A DNA stretch of 63,724 nucleotides, counting the filler, from Octopus bimaculoides (lineage: Eukaryota): the NCBI RefSeq assembly GCF_001194135.2. It is 6 parts of 6 records of this genome, joined end to end, with 100 filler letters (N's around TTAATTAATTAA, not from the genome) between each part and the next. Parts side by side here need not be neighbours in the genome. Positions count along the whole stretch, not along the records: positions 59,815 to 63,724 come from NC_068996.1; 5 more parts are not named here. One strand, 5' to 3'. The stretch's first letter is position 1, and each line of letters begins with the position of its first letter. A program made the translations under genes and the position numbers. The notes below the pieces were generated by a model. That model did not search any database. It saw nothing but the letters and a program-made list of their open reading frames with translations, and was not told where the DNA came from. This document shows, one piece after another, positions 63,671-63,724 of the stretch.

Positions 63671-63674
63671 AATA

Positions 63675-63724
<50 letters not shown>

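Overview
This is eukaryotic, AT-rich, essentially non-coding draft-assembly sequence, with roughly 9 kb (about 14%, counted by eye) as N gaps. It is saturated with microsatellites, three tRNA-derived SINE families and decayed transposons. The repeat landscape resembles a coleoid cephalopod such as Octopus; this is an inference from remembered repeat families, not a database result. No host protein-coding gene can be identified with confidence, and nearly all supplied ORFs are microsatellite or N-run artefacts. Recognisable coding relics all come from mobile elements: two maT/DD37D-type Tc1-mariner transposases, a DD34D-type mariner, an RT fragment, and C-terminal restriction-like-endonuclease fragments of non-LTR retrotransposons, two of them embedded in (TAA)n. 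The most interesting signals are: (1) several hammerhead-ribozyme (HHR) motifs from at least three repeat families, one with an intact core at 22038-22071 and one inside a ~355-bp direct-repeat unit resembling a retrozyme at 51229-51675; (2) an old, colinear three-copy tandem duplication at ~13.6-24.1 kb with an invariant 26-nt core and a possible signal-peptide exon; (3) a near-perfect 40-bp-stem hairpin at 59973-60063, a ~570-bp fold-back element and inverted SINE pairs, all potential dsRNA sources; (4) a recursive-splice-like AG|GTAAG site. All alignments and identities were done by eye, and nothing was checked against databases.
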